Assembly: GCA_964632485.1 (NCBI GenBank)
Contig: CAZWDO010000022.1
Coordinates: forward strand, 1-64,000
Origin: an uncultured bacterium
GTDB lineage: Bacteria > JAGOEH01
DNA: 64,000 nt
Direction of reading: 5' to 3'
This document shows positions 27,320 through 37,266 of the stretch, piece after piece. The position numbers and the translations under genes are program-made. The number at the start of each line of letters is the position of its first letter. Position 1 is the stretch's first letter. A model generated the notes under the pieces. The model searched no databases, had not been told where the DNA came from, and was given only the letters and a program-made list of their open reading frames with translations.

Positions 27320-28581
27320 TTACGTATCCTTTCAGATCGACTGGCTACGATTTTTCCGTCGCCGTCGATCAGGTAGAGAGTAGGCCAGCCGAAAACCTTG
27401 TAGAGCGAGTGCAGTTCCTTGATGGTGGCGTCCAGCACTACGTTCCAGGCCATTTCATGTTCAGTCGCAAACTGTTTGACCTCCTCGCTGTTTTTATTGG
27501 CGGTGAAGGCGTCGGCGCTGATGCTGATGATCTCCAGTCCCTGGTCGTGGTATTTTTGATAGGCCTCTTTCAGCTTGGGAATGAAGGCTTTGCAAGGGCC
27601 GCACCAGGTCGCCCAGAATTCCAGCAGCACCACCTTGCCCTTGAGCGCCGAGAGCTGGATGGCGCGTCCATCCAGGTCCGTGGCGGAAAAATCGGGCGCT
27701 GGCTTTCCCAGAATTTCCATGGCGAATTTTACGGATGCTTCTTGTTCCTTTTGGGCAGCCAGTTTTTCCTGGTAGTATTTATTGAGGGTCGCGTCCCGCT
27801 TTTCTTCACAGGTGAGGGCCATGGTCGCCATGAAAATCGAGTCGGACTGGTTGAGAACTGGATAGATTTTATTGGATATCGATTGAGCCAGGCTGCGGTA
27901 AAATGCCAAATGGACGCCGGCCTGGTAGTTGAGGGCCGCTTCGCGCTCCATGCCCGCGCGTTGGAACTCGTCGCCGCGACTCAGGGCCTCATCGCGAAAA
28001 ATCATCAGCGAATCGAAGGCCAAAGCGTTATGGAGCGAAAGGCGCAGTATCCAACAGGGGATCAGCGCCATAAAATTGTCGGGATAATCAGCCAGTTCCT
28101 CCCGGATAAGGGCGTAGCGTTCCGCTTCTCCCATGCCGGCCATGAACATGAAGTCGAGTTTGCGGTAGCGGGCGTTGCGCACCGGTTTGCCATCCTCGCC
28201 GTTTATATATTCCAGAAAGGTCAGTTTTTGGTTATAATCGCTGGTTTTGCCATCTGTAATATAGTATGAGAGCAGCGCGGCATCCTGGGGTATCTCGATA
28301 GCGGCTGTCCATACTTTGCCTTCTTTTTTCATCGCCATGCGTTGCGCGCGGCCGGAGTCCGGCTCCAACACATTCAGAAACATATTGTCCGATCCCTGCG
28401 ATTGATAGCGCTTGGTTCCCCAATAGTCGAACACCCACACCACCTCGAGCTTCGCCGGCTTTTTGAATACTTTGTACTGCTCGGCATCATAGCGGATGGT
28501 GAAGGGTTTTCCGGCTTGCGGCAGGGTTTGCGCTCCCAGGGTTGCGATCAGCAACGCCCAAATGCTTAAAAATCGTCGCAT
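27316..28581 (-). CDS. TlpA-family thiol-disulfide oxidoreductase with a long N-terminal extension
   Basis: APDFS...LKGKVVLLEFWATWCGPC, GWPT, signal peptide from MRRFLS. ATGA overlap with the receptor gene. Confidence 0.88.
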   Translation of the reverse strand: MRRFLSIWALLIATLGAQTLPQAGKPFTIRYDAEQYKVFKKPAKLEVVWVFDYWGTKRYQSQGSDNMFLNVLEPDSGRAQRMAMKKEGKVWTAAIEIPQDAALLSYYITDGKTSDYNQKLTFLEYINGEDGKPVRNARYRKLDFMFMAGMGEAERYALIREELADYPDNFMALIPCWILRLSLHNALAFDSLMIFRDEALSRGDEFQRAGMEREAALNYQAGVHLAFYRSLAQSISNKIYPVLNQSDSIFMATMALTCEEKRDATLNKYYQEKLAAQKEQEASVKFAMEILGKPAPDFSATDLDGRAIQLSALKGKVVLLEFWATWCGPCKAFIPKLKEAYQKYHDQGLEIISISADAFTANKNSEEVKQFATEHEMAWNVVLDATIKELHSLYKVFGWPTLYLIDGDGKIVASRSERIRK

Positions 28582-28643
28582 GAGAGTTCCTTTCTCATGA
28601 AGGGTTGAAAAGAGTGGGTTGAAAACAATTTTGCCTGGCCACA

Positions 28644-28689
28644 ATGAAATTCAATTTCATATTGTACTAAATAATTAATTGCTTGTCAA
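28644..28689 (-). promoter_or_regulatory. Promoter plus palindrome for the tlpA-TBDR operon
   Basis: TTGACA(28684-89)-N17-TACAAT(28661-66), immediately followed by ATGAAATTGAATTTCAT (28644-60). Confidence 0.65.
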
Positions 28690-28938
28690 GTTTATTTTAT
28701 ATTGAACGATGAACTTTAAATTATCTGCTAGTTCCTGCCGCTCCAGTTCCTGTTTGTCGGGTGGCAGAAAATAGTAAAATTCGATCAGAGCACCGGCGTT
28801 GTACAGGCTTAGGCTGAACGCGGCGGCCACACAACCGGATTCCCCGATTGTATTTTTAACAACGATAATTTGATCAGCGATGACTTTTCCATCAGTTCCT
28901 ATGGGTACACGCAGCCATATATCACCCTCGATCCCCAA
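28675..28938 (-). pseudogene. Probable remnant of a TonB C-terminal domain
   Basis: GIEGDIWLRVPIGTDGKV...GCVAAA resembles TonB_C. An in-frame stop lies directly upstream, there is no TM anchor, and the 3' end overlaps the next promoter. Confidence 0.4.
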
Positions 28939-28971
28939 TCAAGTATTCATCGATCACTTGGAGTATGATTA

Positions 28972-29952
28972 TCAGTCGATACCGACCAACGCCTGGATAT
29001 ACTGGATACGCTCATACGCATCGGGATGCTGGCTGCAAAGCTGGTTCAATTTTCCCTGAAACTCGCAAATTTGCTGGTAATTCTTTTTCTTCATCCACTC
29101 ATCTAATTGCGCGAGAATTCGACCGATTTGATCGGGTCCGTTAATGAAAAGAGTGGAGCAGAGTTGCGCCGTTTTTGCGCCTGCCAGCAAAACCTTGATA
29201 ACATCCGCGCCACTATGGATTCCTGTCGTAGCGGCTAAATCGCAGTTCACTTTATGGCTCATCAGCGCGATCCAGCGTAAAGCCAGATGGAGTTCCGCGG
29301 AGGTACTAAGCAGATATCCCGGTTTCAGTTTTTCCAGTTCGACATCAATATCAAATTGGTAAAACCGGTTAAAAAGGACAACGGCATCTACTCCCAATTG
29401 ATCTAATTTTTTTAAGAAATTGGGTAGGGATGAGAAATAGAAACCCAGTTTAACCGCGATGGGAATTGAGATGGTTTTTTTTACTTTTTCAATTGTTTTT
29501 AAGTATTGGGCCTCAATAGATGGCCCGTCAATATCAGGATCGAAAGGGATAAACGCGATATTGAGTTCCAGTCCATCAGCGCCGGCGGCGGCAATTTTGG
29601 CGGCATAATCAGACCATTGTTTGGGATTAATACAGTTTATACTGGCGATAATTGGAATGCTAATTTCCTTTTTAGCTCGGGAGATGAGTTCCAAGTATTC
29701 CCGCGGCCCGAATTCACTGCTGATATGTTCAATATAGTCATAAGCTTCCGTATGAAAACCGGAAAAGGAATCGGTTCGGTACGATTCGACCTCGGCCTCC
29801 AACTGTTCTTCAAAGAGTGATTTTAGAACAATCGCGGCAGCCCCGGCGGCGACGAGGCTTTTAATCCCGGTAATATCTTTAGCTAAACTGCTGCTGGATA
29901 CAATTAATGGATTTTTCAGGGTCAATCCCATATACTGAGTTGTTAAATCCAT
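28972..29952 (-). CDS. Dihydroorotate dehydrogenase-like flavoprotein
   Basis: MDLTTQYMGLTLKNP, KSLFEEQ, LFNRFYQ.DID, LRWIA. Confidence 0.9.
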   Translation of the reverse strand: MDLTTQYMGLTLKNPLIVSSSSLAKDITGIKSLVAAGAAAIVLKSLFEEQLEAEVESYRTDSFSGFHTEAYDYIEHISSEFGPREYLELISRAKKEISIPIIASINCINPKQWSDYAAKIAAAGADGLELNIAFIPFDPDIDGPSIEAQYLKTIEKVKKTISIPIAVKLGFYFSSLPNFLKKLDQLGVDAVVLFNRFYQFDIDVELEKLKPGYLLSTSAELHLALRWIALMSHKVNCDLAATTGIHSGADVIKVLLAGAKTAQLCSTLFINGPDQIGRILAQLDEWMKKKNYQQICEFQGKLNQLCSQHPDAYERIQYIQALVGID

Positions 29953-30081
29953 ATCATACTCCTTTCATGAAAAATTGGATATTTCACATTCATTTCAGAA
30001 AGCGATCATTTTAGTTAAGCCGACGGCCTCATCATCGAAGGTTGAAGGTTCTGGCGGGTTTTCGCGCTGAACTTCAGCGCG

Positions 30082-30360
30082 TTAAAATCGAATTTCAAAT
30101 GCGGGCAAATCTCCGAGGTATTCGTCATATTGAACGGCGGTTTGCTCAACATGGGCAAAGGAAGGGCCTCGTTTGATCTTTTCGATAAATAGATCCAGAT
30201 TGCGGGAATCACCTTCCGCTTCGATCAGGACGCTTCCATCTATTTGATTTTTGGCATACCCATTCAGCCCGAGTGAATTACCCAGTTTTTCCGCATAGTA
30301 GCGGAATCCAACTCCCTGTACGCGTCCGAATACTGTGACCATGGCTCTTTGTCTTATCAT
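30082..30360 (-). CDS. acyP: Acylphosphatase
   Basis: GRVQGVGFR and G.AKN..DGSV motifs. Confidence 0.95.
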   Translation of the reverse strand: MIRQRAMVTVFGRVQGVGFRYYAEKLGNSLGLNGYAKNQIDGSVLIEAEGDSRNLDLFIEKIKRGPSFAHVEQTAVQYDEYLGDLPAFEIRF

Positions 30361-30381
30361 GATTGACCTCCCGGTTAGATA

Positions 30382-31617
30382 TCAGGGATATAGCAGGTAT
30401 TTCTTACGGGTTTCCTTGAATTGATCCAGTTGCGCTTGATAGCTTTGGATGATCTGATCCACTCCTTTTTGTTCGATAATCCAGGTATGAATCTGATCGG
30501 ATCCGATTACTTTAATAAAGAGGGATTTTTTTAAGGCGTCTTTAGGAATTTCCAGAAAATTCTGATTGGGATAAAGTTTTTGGATCGCGTCGAATATATG
30601 AAGTTGGATCTGGAAGGGATAGAATTTTGTTTTATCGGTTATAATCAGTTGGACACCTTGGCAATCCTGGTCCTTAAATTTTCCGTAAAAGGGTCGGAAT
30701 CCGGCGGGTCGCCAGTAAACGCCTGGAATATGTCGCTGGGTGAGCTCCCGGGCGAGTTCGCCGCTATTTATCCAGGGGGCTCCAACGTATTCAAAGGGTT
30801 GAGTGTAACCCACTCCCTCGCAAACGGTTTTCAATTCGCCCAAAATACCGGTAGCGCCGCAATAATAGGCGCTTTCATAACGAGGAATATGTGGTGACGG
30901 GGGAATCCAGACCCGTCCGGTATTGCCGAAATCCATCTCATGATTGTATCCTTCCATGGGGATCACCGTCAGTTTGCAATGGATTCCAAATTCCTGATTA
31001 AACAATTGGGCCAACTCCCCGGGGGTCATGCCATAGATATAGGGTATCGGGAACATGCCCACAAACGAACTGAATTTTGTATCCAGGATGTTTCCATCCA
31101 CCATATTGCCGTATAGAGCGATCGGGCGATCCAGTACGACAAATTCGAGCTGGTTCTCTGACGCGGCTTGCATAGCTTGAGCCATGGTGTAGATATAGGT
31201 GTAGCCGCGATTGCCGATATCCTGAATGTCATAGACCAGCATATCTAGCCCTTCCAACATTTTATCGGTCGGTTTGTGGGTTTTTCCATAGAGACTGAAT
31301 ACTGGCAACCCTGTTTGTTCATCAGTTTGGTCTTCCACCTTCTGGCCCGCATGGGCGTCTCCCCGTAAACCGTGTTCAGGGCCGAATAGTTTACTTAATT
31401 TAACTGCTTTAAGTTTGAATAGAGCATCGACAGTAGATTCAAGTTCGCTTGTAATTCCGGTGGCATTGGTGATCAGACCGATCCGTTTTCCGAGAAAATT
31501 CTTGTAATCACTTTCGATAAATCTGTCAACTCCATAGCGAAAGCTATTCTGTGCCCAGCTCATTTGGCATAAACTTAAAATAATCATGCTAATGGTTCCA
31601 ATGATAAACAGGCGCAT
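30382..31617 (-). CDS. namZ: Exo-beta-N-acetylmuramidase (DUF1343 family)
   Basis: LFGPEHG, SLYG, YDIQDIG.R.YTY, LDRP, GMTPGELA, PPSP. Confidence 0.9.
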   Translation of the reverse strand: MRLFIIGTISMIILSLCQMSWAQNSFRYGVDRFIESDYKNFLGKRIGLITNATGITSELESTVDALFKLKAVKLSKLFGPEHGLRGDAHAGQKVEDQTDEQTGLPVFSLYGKTHKPTDKMLEGLDMLVYDIQDIGNRGYTYIYTMAQAMQAASENQLEFVVLDRPIALYGNMVDGNILDTKFSSFVGMFPIPYIYGMTPGELAQLFNQEFGIHCKLTVIPMEGYNHEMDFGNTGRVWIPPSPHIPRYESAYYCGATGILGELKTVCEGVGYTQPFEYVGAPWINSGELARELTQRHIPGVYWRPAGFRPFYGKFKDQDCQGVQLIITDKTKFYPFQIQLHIFDAIQKLYPNQNFLEIPKDALKKSLFIKVIGSDQIHTWIIEQKGVDQIIQSYQAQLDQFKETRKKYLLYP

Positions 31618-31641
31618 ATCCGGCTCCTTTGTCGGTTAGTA

Positions 31642-32568
31642 TTATACCTTAAAATAGTCGCGGTACCACAANNNNNNNNNNTTAAACCCCAGCAAGTTGC
31701 GGCTATGATCAATATCCGCCATACTTTCAGGAACATCCCCCGGTTGCATGGGTAACAGTTCTTTGACGGCTGTCTTCCCGAGCGCTTTTTCAATGAGTTC
31801 TATAAAATAGGTAAGTGAGATTGACTGATGATTTCCCAGATTGAAGATTTCGTAGGGAAATTTTTTGGGAATAGCGGCTTTGATACCCTGGATGATATCG
31901 TCAATAAACGTAAAATCGCGGCGCATATTGCCGAAATTGTAAACTTTAATCGGATGATTTTTTAAAATTGCTTCAGTGAAAAGAAATAAGGCCATATCCG
32001 GACGGCCCCAGGGGCCGTAAACTGTAAAAAAACGGAAACCCGTTGTAGGTAATCCATATAAATGGCTATAAGTGTGGGCGATCAGTTCATTTGATTTTTT
32101 AGTGGCCGCATAGAGTGAAATGGGATGGTCCACGGTGTCTTCCACTGCAAATGGAATTTTTGTGTTATTGCCGTAAACCGAAGATGATGAGGCATACAGA
32201 AAATTTTCACATTGATGTTGTTTGGCCAGCTCGATTAAATTGAAGAAACCGATCAAATTGCTTTGGATATAGTCTTCAGGATGAGTTAGGGAGTGACGCA
32301 CGCCGGCCTGAGCCGCGAGATGGCAAATCACATGAGGTTTTTCACGATGAAAAATTTCAGATAATTTATCAAAGTTCACGATGTCCTGCTTGTGAAACTG
32401 GAACTTTGGATATTGGCGCAGAATTTCCAGACGACGATGTTTTATTTGGGGATCATAATAAGAGTTGATATTGTCGATACCAATTACCTGGCAGCCGTCC
32501 TTTAAAAGGCTTTGGGCCAGGTGGAAACCAATAAAACCGGCGGCGCCGGTTACGATAATACGCTGCAT
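31642..32568 (-). CDS. NAD-dependent epimerase (UDP-glucuronate 4-epimerase-like); assembly gap near the C-terminus
   Basis: TGAAGFIG, HLAAQAGVR, YAATKK, RFFTVYGPWGRPDMA. Confidence 0.9.
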   Translation of the reverse strand: MQRIIVTGAAGFIGFHLAQSLLKDGCQVIGIDNINSYYDPQIKHRRLEILRQYPKFQFHKQDIVNFDKLSEIFHREKPHVICHLAAQAGVRHSLTHPEDYIQSNLIGFFNLIELAKQHQCENFLYASSSSVYGNNTKIPFAVEDTVDHPISLYAATKKSNELIAHTYSHLYGLPTTGFRFFTVYGPWGRPDMALFLFTEAILKNHPIKVYNFGNMRRDFTFIDDIIQGIKAAIPKKFPYEIFNLGNHQSISLTYFIELIEKALGKTAVKELLPMQPGDVPESMADIDHSRNLLGFXXXXLWYRDYFKV

Positions 32569-33242
32569 TAGTTCTCCTTTTTCAAAATTGAATCCGGGTT
32601 CTGTATCAGTAATTCCTTCAGGGGATTGGCGTTTTCAAGCAAGCTTCGAACAGCGTCGATTATGGTCTGTTGATGTTGGATATCACCGACGATATCGATA
32701 TGTTCTGTATCGATGCTATAAACCGGGACCTGTGTGTAATATTTGAAAAAATGATTATAGGCGATATTCAGCTTCAACAGATAATCCTCACGGATTGCGT
32801 TTTCAAAAGGGCGGTTGCGTTTTTTTATCCGCTCCATTAGTGTTTGGCTCGACGCTTTTAAATAAATTATCAGATCAGGTTTTAAAATTTCATGTTCTAA
32901 AGTCGCATAAATTTTTTCATAGATTTTCAGTTGCGGGTCATTTAAGGTTAAATAGGCAAAAATTTTATCCTTTTGAAATATATAATCGGAGGCTAAGTAG
33001 GAATGGAACAGCGAAAATTCCTGAATAGAGCTGATTTGCTGCTGGTAGCGGTTGAGCAGGAAGAAAATCTGGGTATGAAAGGCGTATTGAGCCATATCGG
33101 CATAAAACTTTTCAAGGAAAGGGTTATCAGAAAAATTCTCCATAATGATTTTGGCGTTCAGTTGGTCCGCTAATAATTGGGCCAGGGTTGTTTTCCCTAC
33201 TCCGATCGGACCTTCGACGGCAAAATATTTATAGGGGCGCAT
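32568..33242 (-). CDS. Deoxynucleoside kinase
   Basis: EGPIGVGKTT P-loop, NPFL..FY, RIKKRNR. Confidence 0.92.
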   Translation of the reverse strand: MRPYKYFAVEGPIGVGKTTLAQLLADQLNAKIIMENFSDNPFLEKFYADMAQYAFHTQIFFLLNRYQQQISSIQEFSLFHSYLASDYIFQKDKIFAYLTLNDPQLKIYEKIYATLEHEILKPDLIIYLKASSQTLMERIKKRNRPFENAIREDYLLKLNIAYNHFFKYYTQVPVYSIDTEHIDIVGDIQHQQTIIDAVRSLLENANPLKELLIQNPDSILKKEN

Positions 33243-33741
33243 ACCAGAAAGCCCCTTCAATCAGGATAAGATTGCCCCGGCAATCCTCCGATGCCTGCAA
33301 CGCGCTTACGGGTTGGTGATTGAGTGGATGCGCCAGGTAGGGAGCAATTTCGAGGAGAGGAGTTAGAACGAATTGCCGGTAAGCTAACCGCGGGTGGGGT
33401 AATTGTAACCGGGAAGTCCGGACCGCCAGTTTATCGCTAATCAGCAGGTCAATATCGAGAGTACGGGGACCTTTATCGATTAAGCGAACCCGTCCAGATT
33501 GGGTTTCGATTTCCTGACAAAATTCCAACAGTTTCATGAGTGTCAGTTGATGGGAAATTTGGATGGCGCAATTAAAAAAAGTGGGCTGATCGATCATCTC
33601 GATCGGTTCGCTTTCATAAAGAGAAGAGACTTTTTGGAGAGTGATTTGTGGATGGCGGACAAGTTGGTTAATTCCTTCGCAAAGCAAAGCTCGGCGATCG
33701 CCCAGATTGGAACCGAGTGAAAGAAACGTGGTATGAATCAT
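33229..33741 (-). CDS. folK: 2-amino-4-hydroxy-6-hydroxymethyldihydropteridine diphosphokinase
   Basis: LGSNLGDR, GPRTLDIDLL, PHPR...R.FVL.PL. Confidence 0.95.
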   Translation of the reverse strand: MIHTTFLSLGSNLGDRRALLCEGINQLVRHPQITLQKVSSLYESEPIEMIDQPTFFNCAIQISHQLTLMKLLEFCQEIETQSGRVRLIDKGPRTLDIDLLISDKLAVRTSRLQLPHPRLAYRQFVLTPLLEIAPYLAHPLNHQPVSALQASEDCRGNLILIEGAFWYAPL

Positions 33742-34005
33742 GAGAGATTGGCGTTGAAATTTAGCGTAAAGCGGACATATTCCAAATTGGCGTTTACAGG
33801 GATTTTGGCTTTTGTGATGCTGACGCTAAGGTCAATGATGGGAAAATGGCTCATCAGTTCCTGANNNNNNNNNNTCTACAGCCCGATTGATGGTATAGGT
33901 CAGCGAGAGATCGATAATGAATTCCTGGCCCAAATCTCGTTCAGCCGGATGGGTTCCGTGGTAGCCATAGCACACAATCCGCTGGATTTCCATTTTCCCG
34001 GTCAT
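33738..34005 (-). CDS. folB: Dihydroneopterin aldolase, interrupted by an assembly gap and missing from the ORF track
   Basis: Manual translation MTGKMEIQRIVCYGYHGTHPAERDLGQEFIIDL...[gap]...SITKAKIPV...NLS*. ATGA overlaps with both neighbours. Confidence 0.88.
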
Positions 34006-35183
34006 AAAGGCCTCTTGGGGGGCACTTTTTTTAATTTCATGGGCAGCCAGTTTTTTTCAATGCGATTTAAACTCTCATCGAATTGGGCCGGGTCTTTGAG
34101 TAGATTCAAAATGAATGAGTTTTCCCCGTATTCGCCGAAATCAGTTCCTGGAATAATCCGTAGGTTGGCGATACGAAAGAGAGAAAGCGCCAGTCCATCG
34201 GCTGAATATCCCGGCGGAGTTTTGCAGTAAAGATAATAACCGCCAGCCGGTCGATGATAATACCATTGCCAGCGGGCGAAATAGGTCTGGGCGGTTAAGC
34301 AGTTTGCCTCTATTCGATTTTGGAGATGCTCTAATAATTGCGCATATTGGCGCAGCCAATGGTTTGAGACCGCCAATTGCCAGGGGGGTGGGGGGAGCGA
34401 GGTTTTACCTACAAAATGCCGGAACGGGCGCATGATATCGGGTGTTGCGAGTAAGAAACTGGGAGCGAATCCGCTACCCGGTAAGCCGAAGCGATAGATT
34501 TCGATAAAATGTGAGAATTTGGTGCCTCCGGTAAAAAAAGAAACCGGCGTTTGGGTGGGCGCCTGGTAATCGATCAGCCCGGCATCGTTTAAAATTAATA
34601 TATTATGCGCTTGGGCAAATTTTTTTAACTCTTGAATGTAAAATGAATCCAGTACTGCGCCAGTCGGTATATGCGGATAATTTAATAGTAAAATCTGGCT
34701 GTTGGCATAAAGATTCTTTTCCAGTTCTTTAAGATTGGGCAGGTAGTCGCCTCGCGGCGTCAGAGGGAGGCGAATGCTTTTGCAATGGGTGAGAAGCGCC
34801 GCATTATGAAAAAAGGGGTGGCCGGGGTCACAAATAAAAGCGGTATCTTCCTGGTCCAAAAAAGCCATTAAAAATGTTGACAACAATTGAAAGTAATCCG
34901 GCGAATAAAACAATTCAACATTTTTCGGCAAATCAATCTGGAAAGTGCGTTGATAGTAGTTCCTGAACCAATCGCACAATTTAATTTCATATTGATCCAT
35001 ACCGAGGGGGACCGTCTGCTCCAAACTGTCAAAAAAAGAAAATTCCTCGGGAGCAATTCGTGTATGGTCGATAAAAGGTGTCAGTTTTGGTTTGATCCGC
35101 AGTTTCAGTGGCAACGACTTGCGTTCCGGCAAAGGACGAAGCTTGTAAGCCAGATCAGCTAAATCCATGATAATTTTTTTCAT
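34002..35183 (-). CDS. Class I/II aminotransferase-fold protein (DapL-like) lacking the PLP lysine motif
   Basis: DPGHP, NYPHIPTG and PGTDFGEYGE are retained; the SxSK...GWR segment reads YRFGLPGSGFAP. Confidence 0.75.
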   Translation of the reverse strand: MKKIIMDLADLAYKLRPLPERKSLPLKLRIKPKLTPFIDHTRIAPEEFSFFDSLEQTVPLGMDQYEIKLCDWFRNYYQRTFQIDLPKNVELFYSPDYFQLLSTFLMAFLDQEDTAFICDPGHPFFHNAALLTHCKSIRLPLTPRGDYLPNLKELEKNLYANSQILLLNYPHIPTGAVLDSFYIQELKKFAQAHNILILNDAGLIDYQAPTQTPVSFFTGGTKFSHFIEIYRFGLPGSGFAPSFLLATPDIMRPFRHFVGKTSLPPPPWQLAVSNHWLRQYAQLLEHLQNRIEANCLTAQTYFARWQWYYHRPAGGYYLYCKTPPGYSADGLALSLFRIANLRIIPGTDFGEYGENSFILNLLKDPAQFDESLNRIEKNWLPMKLKKVPPKRPL

Positions 35184-35217
35184 GTTTCCATCCGCTTTCA
35201 ATGGGTATTAATTAATT

Positions 35218-35246
35218 AGTATAACTTAATTCGTGAAAAATGTCAA
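35218..35246 (-). promoter_or_regulatory. Sigma70-type promoter of the aminotransferase-folB-folK operon
   Basis: TTGACA-N17-TATACT. Confidence 0.65.
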
Positions 35247-35436
35247 TATTTTTTTTCCAAATTAATCGGGAAGTGCCTGATTTAGGTACATTCGATGAAA
35301 TTTAACCTCGCATTTCTCTAATTATTGTAAAAAAACACTTGCGAAAAATGATTTTTTTTTATACATTAATGTTCCTTGTTTTATTATCGCAAGTAGTTTA
35401 ACACACAATTCTCATTTAAAAGGAGGATATACATCC

Positions 35437-37242
35437 ATGCTTGAGCAAATGCGGAAGCAATCCAAGATATTTATTATCATTGTCGCAGTGGCCTTTATTT
35501 TAACGATTCTTTTCTCCTGGGGAATGGATATCACGGGTTTAGGCGGTAAATCGGCTCGCAGTACGTTTGTTGGGTCAGTTGACGGCCAGGAAATCAGTTA
35601 TTATGATTACAATAATATGATTCAGCAGACCTATGGCGAATACAAACAACAATACCCGGATCGTGAAATAGCGGAACGGGATATGCAGCAGATACGGGAA
35701 AATGCGTGGCAGAAAATTATCAATCAGATAATGGTCAACAAATTACTGAAAAAATACGACATTACTGTATCTGACAATGAAGTGGTGGAATTGATCAAGC
35801 TGGCGCCGCCGCGTGAAGTTCAGCAGATTACCCAGTTCCATACCGATGGCAAGTTTGATTATAATAAGTATCGTAGCTTTCTGAGCAATCCTCAGAGTGG
35901 ATATCTTGTGCAGCAGATGGAGTATATTTTCCGTACTTCATTTCCAAATGATAAGCTCTATTATCGGTTTTTTTCAACAATCAATGTGACCGATATGGAG
36001 TTAAAAGACTATTATTTTCAGAAAAACGAGAAAATCAAGATCGCGTATATCAGCTATGGCGCGGAACGAATTCCGGATGACGCGGTAGTTATCGATTCCG
36101 CGGCGGTTAAAGCGTATTATGAAGAGCATAAAGAAGATTATAAGACTCCCGAGAAGTTACAGTTGGAGATGGTGCAATTTGATAAAACACCTCAGGGATC
36201 GGATTTGACTCATGCCGCGCAAAAAGCCCAGGCCATTTATCAGGAATTAAAAAAGGGCGCGGAATTTGGCGCTCTGGTCGTTAAGTATTCCGATGATCTT
36301 TCCACGCGCGATAAAGGTGGTAATCTGGGCTTAGTTAAACGCGGTTCAATGAAACCCGAATTCGAAAACGTGCTTTTTATGCTTGATTCCGCCGAGTATT
36401 CTGAACCCTTCCATACTCCCTATGGCTGGCATATCGTCATCTGTGACGGTAAAGAAACCGGCGAGGGGGATGTCCAGAGTGTCCTTTGCCGTCAGATATT
36501 GATCAAGGAAACAGCTTCGCCTGAGCGTATGGATTCATTATTGCGAGTTGCGGATATGTTTAATGATAAAATCAGAGAGAAGAATTTCGATGAAGCCCTG
36601 AAAACCTGGAATATTACTCCGCAAATCATCGATTCAACCAGCCGTACGAGTTTCTTCCTGCCACAAGTAGGTTACCTGGAGGGTTTTGATTTCTTTTTGC
36701 AAACGGCTCAAGAAGAGCGCGTTTCGAATATGTTTACCACGGATAAAGGTATCTTCATTTTTCGCGTAAAAAAAGTATATCCGCCGGAGATTAAACCCTA
36801 TGCGGAAGTGGCGCGACAGATTGTCAATCAATTGAAGATTGAGAAAAAAGTTGAAGCGTTGAAACCCCAGATCGAAGAGATTGAAAAACGGATTGGGAGT
36901 GTTCAAAATCTGGGAGAAATCGATTCGGCTTTAAAGCCGGATACCAGCACTCTTTTTTCACGAATGGACAATGTACCAAAAATTGGTAGTGGCAATGAAT
37001 TGATCGGTTTAGGTTTTAAACTATCGCTCAATCAAATCGGCGGCGCTATCCTGCATAACAATCGCTACTTTTTTATTCAGCTTATTGATCGGATGGTTCC
37101 TTCGGATGAAGAATTCATTGCCAATCGAGATGCGATTATGCAGGAATATGACGGAAAAGTCCGCAATATTCGCGCTCAGGAATGGTTGATGCGAATGCGC
37201 GAAAATATTAAAGTTGAAGACAAACGCTCAGAATATTTCTAA
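35437..37242 (+). CDS. PpiD/SurA-N-domain peptidyl-prolyl isomerase (parvulin type)
   Basis: MLEQMRK + TM, SurA_N region, YSDD...GGNLG, PFHTPYGWHIV; strong AAGGAGG RBS. Confidence 0.88.
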   Translation: MLEQMRKQSKIFIIIVAVAFILTILFSWGMDITGLGGKSARSTFVGSVDGQEISYYDYNNMIQQTYGEYKQQYPDREIAERDMQQIRENAWQKIINQIMVNKLLKKYDITVSDNEVVELIKLAPPREVQQITQFHTDGKFDYNKYRSFLSNPQSGYLVQQMEYIFRTSFPNDKLYYRFFSTINVTDMELKDYYFQKNEKIKIAYISYGAERIPDDAVVIDSAAVKAYYEEHKEDYKTPEKLQLEMVQFDKTPQGSDLTHAAQKAQAIYQELKKGAEFGALVVKYSDDLSTRDKGGNLGLVKRGSMKPEFENVLFMLDSAEYSEPFHTPYGWHIVICDGKETGEGDVQSVLCRQILIKETASPERMDSLLRVADMFNDKIREKNFDEALKTWNITPQIIDSTSRTSFFLPQVGYLEGFDFFLQTAQEERVSNMFTTDKGIFIFRVKKVYPPEIKPYAEVARQIVNQLKIEKKVEALKPQIEEIEKRIGSVQNLGEIDSALKPDTSTLFSRMDNVPKIGSGNELIGLGFKLSLNQIGGAILHNNRYFFIQLIDRMVPSDEEFIANRDAIMQEYDGKVRNIRAQEWLMRMRENIKVEDKRSEYF

Positions 37243-37266
37243 TGTTCCGATAATGAAAGGATTTGC

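Noticed and set aside
30063-30081. Hairpin CGCGCTGAACTTCAGCGCG after acyP
   Set aside because: No U-tract on the coding strand, so it cannot be called a terminator with confidence.
31672-31681. Shortened C-terminus of the epimerase
   Set aside because: Explained by the assembly gap, not by biology.
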